Assembly: GCA_965644315.1 (NCBI GenBank) | Contig: CBFFRQ010000069.1 | Coordinates: 1,116,001-1,180,000 of the forward strand | Origin: Caecitellus pseudoparvulus | Taxonomy: Eukaryota > Protista > Bigyra: Bicosoecida | Length of the DNA: 64,000 nt | Reading direction: 5' to 3' | Part shown: in pieces, positions 1-12,200 of the stretch | Layout: every line of letters starts with the position of its first letter | Position numbering within the stretch: position 1 is the first letter of the stretch | Translations under genes and position numbers: made by a program | Notes under the pieces: model-generated | Told to the model about the DNA's origin: nothing | Databases searched by the model: none | The model's input: only the letters and a program-made list of their open reading frames with translations

Positions 1-1
1 A

Positions 2-250
2 GGCGCCACCGGCCTGACGTTCAACGGGAACGCGGCAGGTGCATTCAGCCTGACGTTCACGAGCGGAAACTGGAACACCCCCCAGACAGTCACCGTCGCC
101 AGCGCCGACGACAACGTAGACTCGTCAGGCGGCACTGGCTCCTACACTGCCTCTCTCACTGTCAGTGCCAGCTCGGCAGATTCGTTCTACAACTCTGCCA
201 CCATCTCCCCCGGCACTGGCATCACGGCCACCGTCTTTGAAGATGAGAGC
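2..250 (+). other. Calx-beta-like / Ig-like adhesin domain (C-terminal part)
   Basis: Motif LTFTSGNWNTPQTVTVASADD...ITATVFEDE resembles the LTFTxxNWNxPQTVTVxAxDD signature of Calx-beta-like repeats (recognised by eye). Confidence 0.7.
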
Positions 251-3200
251 ACCACACCGTGTACCCGTGTGTGTGCTCCAGGCCAGTTCGCCCCCACAGG
301 TGTGGCTGGTGACGAGCAGCTCTGCCTGCCCTGCCCCCAGGGCTCCTTCTGCCCCGGCGGCGACTGCAGCGTCACACCGTCAGCGTGTGCCGCAGGGCGC
401 TATGCAGACACGTTCGGAGCGTCTGCGGCGGGGGACTGCCCGACGTGCAGTGCCGGGCGGTACACAGCCGCCACAGGTGCCACTGCTTGCACGGTTTGCA
501 GTGCAGGCAACCAGTGCCCGTCCACCACCTCCGCGGGCACAGCGTGCCCGGCAGGAACCTTTTCCCTCGCCGGCGCAGATTCCTGCACGCCTTGCGCAGA
601 TGGCTTCTACAACACAGGCACGGGGCAGACGACCTGCACCGAGTGCCCCTCGGCGTCATTTTGCCCCACCACCGCCAAGGACTCGGCACCCACCGCGTGC
701 CCAGCAGGCCGCTTTTCCACCTCTGGCCAAACGGCGTGCTCCGAATGTGCTCCCGGCAAGTCATGCTTCGCCGGTGCGCCCACCACGGCCGTGTGTCCTG
801 CAGGCACGTTTGCAGATGGCGGGGACACGCAGCACTGCATCGGCTGCCCCATTGGCATGGTCTGTGAAGCACCCGGCTCCGCGCCCACTCCCTGCCCGGC
901 TGGGAAGTTCTCAGCAGGCACAGCTGCCACCTGCACCGCCTGCCCGAGTGGCAGGTATCAGACCAGCGCCGGACAAGGCTCGTGCGCGCTGTGTCCTGAC
1001 GGATCCTCGTGCTTGGACCCCGCCTCCGCGCCCACCACCTGCCCCGCTGGACGGTATGCGGAGGCTGGGGATGGATACTGCAGGGCGTGTGACTACCTGG
1101 GTGGGCAGTACCAGCCTGCTACGGGGCAGTCCACGTGCGCCTCATGCCCAGCAGGGGACGAGTGCGTGTCGTCTCAGGGCACTGCGGCAGTGGCGTGCCC
1201 CGCTGGATCCGTCTCAGGTTCGGGCGTCGGCGTGTGCACTCAGTGTGCAATCGGTCGTCGGGTGAACGGCGCGTCGACGAATTGCCCTTTGTGCCGCGAG
1301 GGGCGGAAATGCCCATCTCCCCAAGTGGGGGAAGTGGACTGCGAGGTGGGCACGTTTGCTAATGGGGATGGCGTGCGCACAGTGTGCACACCCTGCCCTG
1401 TAGGGGAGGAGTGTGGCTCTACGCGACTGAATATGGGCACGGCGTGCACAGCCGGGCGGTATGCCCCCGTGGCAGGCATGTCAGCTTGCTTGGACTGTCC
1501 AGAGGGGCACTCCTGCCCTAACGTCATGTCGGCAACACCCTGCCCAGAAGGCCGCTACTCGCCTGCAGGGGACAGCACGTGCACCAACTGCGCAGCTGGC
1601 AGCTACTGCCCGGACCCAGCTAGCGGGGCCATTGCTTGCCCTGCAGGCACGTACTCTGCAGCAGGCTCTGTGGCATGCAGCACCTGCCCTGCCGGTTCAT
1701 CTTGCTCTGGCACGGGCACGACAGCTTGCGCCACTGGCCGCTACTCCCTGGCTGGGGAGAGCACCTGCACCGCTTGCCCCGTCGGCTTCGAGTGCCCAAC
1801 CACCACAATGCCCCCGCGCCGGTGTTCTCAAGGGTACTATGCCGACTCGACGCTGTCGACGACCTGCACGATCTGCACGGCAGGCAGTTTTTGCTTGGAC
1901 CCCACCGTGGACCCTGCGTCATCGCTCTGCCCCGCTGGCACCTACTCTTTCCAAGGCCAAGTTGCTTGCACGCAGTGCCCCGCGGGGTACCAGTGCCCCA
2001 GCACGGATGCCACCATCACAGCGCCCTCACCATGTCCGAACGGCAGGTACTCGGCTGCTGGTGTCGCAACTTGCACTGCAACCTCCCCCGACTCTGCTCC
2101 CGACCCGCGCGTCGTACTTGCAGCGAGTTGTGGCGATGGTGAAGTGCTCACATCTGACGGGCGCCGATGTGAGCCCTGCCCCGGCGGGTCACGGTGCCCT
2201 GACAGCACGACCACCGTTGCGTGCGCCGCGGGCCAGATTTCAGCACCCGGCCAGGTGGCGTGCACACCATGCCCTGCCGGCTTCGAATGCCCTTTCTCCG
2301 ACGGGCAGCACATTGTGCCATGTTTGCCTGGCACCTTCTCGCCCTCTGGGGACTCCACGTGCCAGACCTGCACTGGGGATCAAGAATGCCCCACCATGCT
2401 GACAGCAACGGGGGGCGCGGCAGGCTGCCCTCGTGGCACCGGGCAGATCGGCCCAGATGGTCGCGTGCGCTGCCTGGACTGCCCCCCAGGCTTCCTTTGT
2501 CGGGCCATTGCGGGGGACACTTTTTCACTCGTGCCCTGCACCGCCGGCAGGTACCGTGCCGAGTCAGAGGACGCAGGGCGGGAGGCAGAGAACATCGCTG
2601 ATGGCGTGTCGCAGTGCCCACAATGCCCGAGCGGCTTCGCGTGTCCCCGCCCAGACCAGCCCCCCAAACGGTGCCCAGCTGGCCGCTTCTCTCCTGCCGG
2701 AGCAACATCATGCACCCTTTGTCCAGCTGGCTCGTTTTGCGACGAAGGTGCGACGGCAGCGACACAGTGCTTTCAAGGCAGCTGGAGCGCTGCCGGGTCT
2801 GCAGTTTGTGCCTTTTGCACGCCTGGCTATGACTGCAACTCCCGTGGGAACACCAGTCCGACGGGAGCCGGCGTCTTGGGCACGAATCTTTTCTTCTTGG
2901 CCGAAGGGCAGGATATTCTGACGGCGGATGCCAACCAGGTGCGGTGCCCCGCTGGCACTTTTTCCAAGCCCTCTGGGTATCGTGTCTTCGCCAGCTCAGA
3001 GACAGCTTGCCAACCTTGCCCGGCAGGGGAGTACTGCCTGGTGGACGCTGGGGACCTGGGCACAAACCGTTTCGTGTGCCCAGCTGGCCATTTCTGCCCC
3101 AAAGGCACGTCATCTGCAACTGCTCACCCTTGCCCGGCAGGGCGATACAACCCTGCAACTGGCTCTGTCTCTCTGCATGCGTGCTTGCCGTGCCCTTCCG

Positions 3201-6200
3201 GCTCCATCTGCGGGGCTGGGGCGGCAGCCGTTTCCCCCTGTGCTGCTGGCTTCCTTTGCCCTCCGTACTCAACGGCAGATACCATGGTGCCTTGTCCTCC
3301 CGGCAAGTTTGGCTCGGCAACGAACCTGGCCACGGAAGGCGGGTGCTCTGTTTGCCCAGCGGGTTCGTACTGCGAAGGGTATGGCACGAGCACGGCAACG
3401 GCATGCCCGGCTGGGACTTATAACCCAGTACAGAGGGCCACCTCGAGAGGAGCATGTCTGCGCTGTGACCCTGGCACGGTGTGCACGACAACTGGGCTGG
3501 ACGCCCCCGACGGTGCCTGCGACCCAGGCCACTATTGCCCCCCTGGATCGATTTCCCCATCTGCCCTGGAGTGCCCCGCAGGCCGATACTATCCTGGCAC
3601 AGATGCTGCCAGAGCAGAGGACTGCACCGTGTGTCCCCCGGGTTCCTCGTGTGCCGCCGGGGCGACGGCAGTAGCAGCCTGCGGTGCTGGGTACTTCTGC
3701 CCTGAAGGCACAGGCGACCCCAGCACTCTGGAGTTTGCGTGCCCTCCTGGTCGCTTCTCCGCCGCAACGTCCAACACACAAGCATCAGACTGCACTGAGT
3801 GCACGATTGGGTCTTACTGCACCGGTGGCCAGGCAGCAGTTGATGGGCCTTGCCCTGCAGGGCACTTTTGCCCAGCAGGGACGGGCAACTTCTCGGTTAC
3901 GCCGTGCGCAGCGGGCAGCTTCATTGGCTCCACTGGCTCCACTGTTCAGGGTGACTGCACGCCTTGCACACAGGGGCACTATTGCCCCGAGGGCTCCACA
4001 GCGCCCACGCAGTGCCCAGCGGGGACTTTTGCGAACATCACCGCCGTGCAGGACTTCAACCGGACTGGGGCAGGGCTTGCAGGTGCAGAATGTGGTGTCT
4101 GCCCTGGCGGGTTCAGGTGCACCGCTGGCTCCATTGACCCAGTGGCTTGCCTAGTAGGCGAGTACTCTGCCCCTGGTGCCGAGGCATGCACACCCTGCCT
4201 CTTCGGGCACTTTTGCGACTCCACTGGGATTTCTGCTGAGGTTATGGGGAGGGACAAGCGATGCCCCGCAGGACTCCACTGCCCCACTGGTACTGACCAC
4301 GTGCCTGTGAGCCCTGCTGATGACTGCCCCCTTGGCAACTTTTGTCCAGAGGGGGCAGGCGCTGAGCCCCGCGATCCATACCCAGTGCCATGCCCACCAG
4401 GATTGTTTGCCAACGAGACTGGGCATCCTGTATGTGACCCCTGCCCCCGTGGTACGTACTGCCTGGAGGGCGCCACAGACCCAACTGGGCTGTGTGCTCC
4501 GGGGTACTACTGCCCCATAAACTCCACTCGCTCAACCGAGGAGCCCTGCCCGGGGGGTACCTACATGCCCACAAGCGGGGCGCAGCAGGTGTCAGACTGC
4601 CTCACATGCCCAGCAGGCTCCATCTGCCCCCCCGGCACGTCCGATCCGTTGCTGCCCGCAAACATCGCCCCGGTGGGGTACTACTCGGATGCTGGACAGG
4701 CCATCCCGACTCCTTGCCCTCCGGGCCGCTTCGGCAACGTATCTGGGGCGGCAGTTGTCACTGACTGCCCAGAGTGTGACCCAGGCAAGTACTGTGATAC
4801 TGCTGGGTTGACGACACCTGCAGGAGACTGCGACCCAGGCTTCTTCTGCACTCTTGGTTCACCGACCGCCCAGCCTGCATTCAACGGCCCCATCACGTTC
4901 TTGAGGGTATCCCCAGTGTATGGGGACATCTGCCCAGTAGGGGCATACTGCCCCGCAGGCACTGATGTCCCGCTCGCCTGCCCAGTGGGGACGTTCATGA
5001 ACGAAACCAAGAAGTCGTCGCCTGACGACTGCGTCCCCTGCACAGCTGGTTCTTTCTGTGCCGGGGCTTCAGCACAGGGAGTCACCGGGCCATGTGCCGA
5101 AGGCTACTTCTGCACTGGTGGAGCAATCAACGCAACACAGTTTGAGGCTGGCATGGGCCAGTACGCCCCAGAAGGCAGCTCCCTGCCGCTGGAGTGTGAT
5201 GTCGGCACCTTCAACAACCTGACTGCACAAGGCTCTTGCTTCCCGTGTAGGGCTGGTGAATACTGCCCATCTGCGTCCATGAGCGATGGAATTGACTGCC
5301 CGTTGGGGCAGTACTGCCCTGCGGGCTCGGAGTCCCCGACGCCATGCCCCCCAGGCAAGTACGGAAATGCCACTCGCGGCGAAGCCGAGTGGCAAGTGTG
5401 TACAGATTGTGACATTGGCAAGTACTGTGCGACTCAGGGACTGACCACACCCACCGGAGACTGTGATGCTGGGTACCTGTGTGCGGCCGGCTCGAATGTC
5501 TCGCAGCCAGAGGAAAATCGATGCCCGCCCGGAAACTACTGCCCAGTAGGTTCGACTGCAGCGCAGCCCTGTCCAGCTGGTCGGTACACTGACCCCCGCG
5601 AAACTGGGCTGGAGTCAGCTGCCGATTGCCATGCTTGCCCACCTGGCCAGTTTTGCCTCGGCGGCACTGCAGGCACGGACGGGCCCTGCTCTGCAGGGTA
5701 CTTCTGTCTCGGGGCCTCAGACACCCCCACTCCCCCTGCTGGGGCCACTGGAGACGAGTGCCCAGTCGGATTTATTTGCCCAGCAGGATCGTCATCGCCA
5801 GATGCCTGCCCTGCAGGAACCTACCAGAACAACACTCAGCAGTCGTCTTGCATCACTTGCCCTCCGGGGCTGTACTGCCCCGATTTAGGCACTGTGCACC
5901 CGCTGGAGTGTCCTGCAGGTCATTTCTGCCTAGCTGGTACTCAAGGAGACTGGGTTCCTTGCTCGAACGGTACGTTCAACCCGCTCCAGGGCCAAGGCTC
6001 GCCTGATGCTTGTCTTGCATGCAGCGCAGGCAGGTACTGCCCCTCTCAAGGCATGACTGCAGCCGGTCCTCTCTGTGCAGAGGGGCACGTGTGCCCAGAC
6101 CCTGCTGGCTCTGCTCTAGGCGCTTTCAACCCGCTTGGGGGAAATGCTTTGACTGGGGATGCACACCGGTGCCCGGCAGGCTTTTACTGTGGGGTCGGCA

Positions 6201-9200
6201 CGTCAGACCCTGTGCCTTGCCCGATAGGAAGGTACTCTCCCGCTCTTGGGGCCGCAAACATCTCGGACTGTTTGTTTTGCGACGAAGGCTATTTTTGTAA
6301 CGTTACGAACATGACTGCGCCTGCTGGGCCATGCGACGCAGGGCATTTCTGCCGGCGCGGTGTGAACACGTCAGCTCCTGCCTATGGCGTGACAAGCTCC
6401 TCCGGACAAGACTTTGGCGGAGATGTCTGCCCGCCAGGGCACTACTGCCCAGTGGGCACCGTGGAGCCATTGCCGTGTGCTGAAGGCACGTTCAACGATG
6501 CAGAAGGCCGTGCAGATCCTTGCCCAGTGTGCCCAGCGGGGTACTGGTGCAGCTTTGCAGCCTCAAATTTCACTGGGACCAGCGTGTCGGGGCCGTGCCC
6601 AGCCGGACACTGGTGTCCTGCGGGAACCAGTGACCCGACAGCTGAACCGTGCCCAGCGGGTACATTCCGGTTGCTGCAAGGAGCAGTCGCCGAGTCGGAC
6701 TGCCAGCTTTGCACTGCTGGCAGCTATTGCGAAGGTGTGGGGAACATCGTGCCCGATGGCTTGTGCGACCCTGGCTACTTTTGCGGCAACGGCAGTGACT
6801 CAAGCACACCCTCTCAGCTTTTTGGACTGGGCCAGGGTGACATTTGCCGCCCCGGTGAGATTTGCCCAGCAGGCTCTGAGAATGCCACATTGTGCCCGGC
6901 TGGGAGTTTTTGCGCGAACTACTCGAGGGGCTTGACCTCTGGGGATGGACTGTGTGCTGCGGGCTACTTCTGCAACAACGGTTCGTGGAGTGAGGCACCC
7001 ACAGGGCAGCTGACCAGGTACGGGGAGCCCATGGGCGACATCTGTCCTGCTGGGCACTACTGCCCAGCAGGGACGTGGATGCCTATCGAGTGCCCCGCTG
7101 GAACTGTGGCGATCGAGAACGGCTCATCCTCGCTGGCGGACTGCCAGGCATGTCCTCCAGGGTCCTTCTGCCCCACACCTGCCACTCTGACACCCCTCTC
7201 GCAGTGCGCTGCTGGGCATTTTTGTCCAGCGGGCTCCACGTCAGCAACCCAGGTGACCTGTCCACCGGGTCACTCGTGCCAAGCAGGCGACTGGGAGGCC
7301 ACCCCCTGCACCAACGGCTCATTCCAAGCACTAGCCGGCCAGAGTACCTGTGATGTGTGCCCTGCTGGGTCCTTCTGCCCAGTTGGCACAATTGTTCCCT
7401 TTCCCTGCCCCCCGGGTTCTTTCTGCCCAGAAGGTAGCTGGGCAGCCTTGAACCACTTGTGTCCAGCGGGCACCTTCTCCAATGCGACTGGTCTAGCCAG
7501 CCAAGATCAGTGCTCAGCTTGCCCACCTGGCTCATTCTGCGCTGGGGCAGGCCTCACCGAGCCTTCTGGAGACTGTGAAGCGGGCCACTTTTGCCTTGGG
7601 AATGCGACGGTTCCGGCTCCCAATGCTGGGGATTGTGCTCCCGGCTTTACATGCCCCTTGAACGTGTCAGACCCCAACCCAGACAGCTGCGTGGGCAGCC
7701 TGTGCCCCCCAGGCTACTACTGTCCTGGGGGCTCGCCTTCTGCTTTGCCATGTCCACGTGGCCGGTGGTCTGCTGAGGAAGGCTTGCAGGCAGTTGGGCA
7801 GTGCAGCATTTGCCCGCCAGGGTTTTTCTGCTCCCAGGAAGCACAGACCAGCCCCATCACAAGTCCGTGCACTGCCGGCTTCTTTTGCCCTGGAGGCGAC
7901 GGTGCCGCCACCATGCCGTGCCCCGCTGGGAACAGGTGCCCCACCGGCTCGGCAGAGCCACAAGCATGCCCGCTTGGCACGTACATGCCCAACACCCAGT
8001 CCGCGACCTGCGATCCATGCCCTGCAGGTGCAACCTGTGGGGTGGGCACTGTGCTTCCTGACGCCTGTCCTGCCGGTTTCTTCTGCACCGGGGGTGCTGT
8101 CGTCGGCACGGAGGAACCCTGCCCACCAGGAACGTACCAGCCCTCCCTGAACCAGACATCCTCCGCTGCTTGCTTGGCTTGTCCGGCTGGGCAGTACTGT
8201 GCAGACTCAGGCCTCCGAGCGCCAACTGGGCCGTGTGCTGCAGGGTTTGTCTGCTCTGGGGGCTCTCAGGTCCCAAATCCGACGGCTGCCTCTGGGAACG
8301 GGTACGTCTGTCCTGCAGGTCACTATTGCCCTCTTGGCTCCAGCACCGAGCAGGCTTGCCCTGCGGGCACCTTCACGCCACCTGAGAGTGTGGGTGGAGT
8401 GGGGCCTGTGCATTGCCTTCCCTGCACAGCGGGCTTTGTCTGCCCCAGTTCTGCACAGACCACTGCTTCTCAGCCCTGCCCAGCAGGCTCATTCTGCCCG
8501 GCTGGCACCAGCTCCGCTGCTTCAGCCATACCTTGCCCCCCGGGGCACTTCTGTTCTGGAGGCAATGCCGTGCCCCAGCCATGCGCGGAGGGCACCGCCC
8601 AGGCAAACTCGGGTGGGACTGCGTGCGCGGCTTGCCCCGCTGGGCAGGTCTGCAACTCTCAAGGTATGGTCAGCGGGACTCCGTGTCCCGCGGGTTACTT
8701 TTGCAGTGGCGGCTCAGTGTCTGGCTTCGAGACACCCTGTCCCGCTGGCACTTTCTCTGCCTCCACAGGCCTGTCCTCGGCCAGCGCCTGCACTGTCTGT
8801 CCTGCAGGGCAGTACTGTGACGTTCCAGCATTGACTGCACCGGCAGGACCATGCTGGGCAGGCCACTTCTGCGCCGGCGGAGCGGTTGTTCCTAACCCGA
8901 CCGACGGCACTACAGGCGACAGGTGTGCGGCGGGCTACGTATGCGTGGAGGGCAGCACAACAAACTCGCCTGGGGCAGGCAGCGTGGATGGGTATCCTTG
9001 CCCAGCTGGAAGCTTCTGCGAGGCAGGTGTTGCTGTGCAAGCGGCATGCGGCCCGGGGTTGTACCAGCCCGCTTCCGGGCAGTCCTCGTGTTTGCCCTGC
9101 CCGGCAGGAGGCTACTGCGCTGGCAACTCATCCACGCCTGAACCTTGCCCGGATCGGTACTTCTGCCCCGAGGGCAGCACAGCCCCCACCTTGTGTCCTC

Positions 9201-12200
9201 CAGGCACCATTGGGAACGGAACAGGGCTGTCAGCGGCGGCTGACTGCGCACCCTGTCCAGCGGGACAGTTCTGCGTGGATGGCACGCCCAGCGGCCCATG
9301 TGCGGCTGGTTATGTCTGCGAAGGAGGGGCTTCCGTTCCGAACCCCGCAGGCGCTATTTGTCCTGAGGGCTCGTACTGTGTGTCAGGCACCACTTCTGCT
9401 GTACTTTGCCCAGCTGGCACCTTCCGAGACTCACCTGGTGCGCGAAGTGCTGATGAGTGCGGCCCCTGCCCCCAAGGATCTCTGTGCAGCGACAACACAA
9501 CTGTCCCAGTGCCGTGCTCCAGGGGCTTCTACTGCCCCGCAGGTTCGCCGCCAGTTCCATGCCCGTTGGGCACTTACAACCTGCAGCTGTCCGCGTGGAG
9601 CATGCAGAATTGCACGGCCTGCCCACCAGGGTTTGACTGCAACGCCACTGGCATCGGGAACCTCACATCTGCCGAGTTCGGATGCCCTGCTGGCTCGTAC
9701 TGCCCCCTGGGAACTGGTGGGACGCCCATTCCCTGTGCTGAAGGGACATTCCGCGGGACTCCTGGTGCTGGGGCACCCGCAGATTGTCCAGCATGTCCAC
9801 CTGGCTTCACTTGCGGTCCTGGCACCGTCGTGCCAACGCAGTGCCCAGCAGGGTTTCATTGCCCTCTTGGGAGCCAGTTACCCAGGCTGTGTGCCGCTGG
9901 CACTTTCTGCCCGCCTGGCTCAGCAGCTGAGATTCCGTGCACTGCAGGCTTCTTCTGCCCAACCAATGGGACGCACACCCCGACCCCGTGTGCTGCGACC
10001 TTCAACACTTCGGCAGGAGACGCAGCCCCCTACTGCCCTGTTGGCTCACAGTATCCATTGGTGTGTCCAGCAGGCACACGGGGGATCTCACTGGAGCCTT
10101 CGGTGAATGAAACTGGTGGGGTGATCGCGGGTGTTTTCACGGACACTGTGACAGGGGAATCCCTGACGACTCTTACAGCAGGCTTTGATGTCACCGCTGT
10201 GGGCCTGTCAAAGGATGCCACATGCCGACCGTGCCCCGCAGGCACGTACTCTGCCGAGCCCAGCAGCCGACAGTGCTTGCCATGTCCAGCTGGCTTTGTC
10301 TGCTTGGGTGGGACGTCAAGTGCCTCCCCAAGGAGCGCCACTGCGCACGCAGGGTACCCTTGTCCGAGGGGCAGCTTTTGCCCTGAAGGCTCGGCCATCG
10401 AGCAGCCCTGCCCTGTGGGATCCTTCAATGGCCTCACAGGTCAGCCCAGCAACAGCTCTTGCTTGCTCTGCAGCCCCGGCACCTTCAACGGTGAGGAGGG
10501 ACAGGCCTCGTGCCGACCTTGCTCCGCTTCATCTTCGTCGCGCGCAGGCGCCACCACTTGCCAGTGCGAGGCCCTGAACCGCATATTCCAACCCAGTGAC
10601 GGTTGGTGTGTGTGTGATGCCTTCCACGAGTTCTTTGACGAGTCGTTTGTGCGCAGGAGCGAAGAGGACGGGACTGAGCCATGCCAGCCTCAGGTGTACG
10701 ACGTGTGCTTCCAGGGCGAAGCTCGGCAATCTGACACTGGGAAGTGTTTGGACATGGACACTGCCTGTGCAGGGCAGTGCGAGAGTGGCCAGGGCACGTA
10801 TGATGGGAGAACAGGCCTCTGTGACTGCGCCGACCAGACCCCACTACGAGAGATTTGTGATGCAGCCTGTCAACTCACAGCTCCCCGCATGAGGCTGGAC
10901 GCTACGACAGGTCTGCTTCGCATGGAAACCTTGGTATCTGTTGGGCCCACTGAAAGCCAGAACGTGTACAACACGACTTTGCTCCGCATGGAAGATGTAC
11001 CGGGCTTCCTCACAGACGGCCTGGTCTGTGTGGATGGGCTCGCTGACGGCCTGAACACTCAAGATCCGGCGACCGCCGAGCGCTTCATCGTCACGCAGTT
11101 GTCTGAAGCCGAGTTGCAAGCCGCCGCCAGCTCCAATGCCGGTGCTTGCACAGTTCAGAGCGTGATCATGACTGAACAGGGCTTTACTGGGCAGTATGGT
11201 ACGAGCCCACGTGTGCTGGACACGCTCACAGATGCGTATACCCTCCCCGTTGCAGCATTCAATTCTTCAGGTGCAGCAAACTCCTCCACAGCTCGTCGTC
11301 TGCTCAGTGGGGATGAAGAGGGCCCACTAAGCCCCCTGTTGGATCTTGACAACACAGTGCGCATGTCCCTTGCCCTGCAGGGCTTGCTTCGAAGTGACAC
11401 GGCTTTGGCCCCATCAGCTGCGGCCAGGTACCTGCTCGGGCTTCAGCAGCTTCCCTTGCACCTCGCACATGCCCGCATCGCCGTGCCGCGGTCAGTCATG
11501 GAGGCGTTGCCTCTTGATGCTTGGCAAGGGGCGGAGGTCGCATCGCTTCCTACTCAGTCGCGAAGAAGGCGTCTTCAAAGGCCGACTTCGGCTGCCGCAT
11601 TCACGGACTCACCGCTTGTGGCCAACCCTCTAATGTGCATTCGGTTGGGGGACAGCGTGATGTGGGACCTGCGTGGGGGCGATTCCAATTACCCCGTGTA
11701 TCTGAAGGACTCGCTGCTGAACACGAATCCTTCGTTCGATTATGGCCGTTTCCGGCGCCTTTCGACCGCCATGAAGTCCACCGCCAACGTGACGTCCTTC
11801 GGGTACTCCTTCACAGAGCCGGGGACGTACGTCTTCGGCAATGCCGGCAACCCCTCTCACAAGCTCATTGTCACAGTCATGGAGTCCGGCAGTACGTGCC
11901 CAACTGAGGGCCCGATCGAACCGATGAGAGTCGAGAGGGTGAACCAAGTTGGCGCACGGCGCAATGATGATGTCTTCCTGGAGATCAACCGCTCCATGGC
12001 CCTTGCAATTTCCCTTTCGTTCTTGGTCCTGGTGCTTGCACTTGTGGCTGGGTTTGCTTACTTCCACACGCTTCCGTGGGAGGAGTCGAATTTGGGCAGA
12101 GTCACATACCGTGACAAGGGCCGCACGTCATCCATCCTGGCCTTGCACAAGACAACTGCGGCAGCTGCCACCCAAGCTGAGCGGGATGCTTCCAAGGGAG

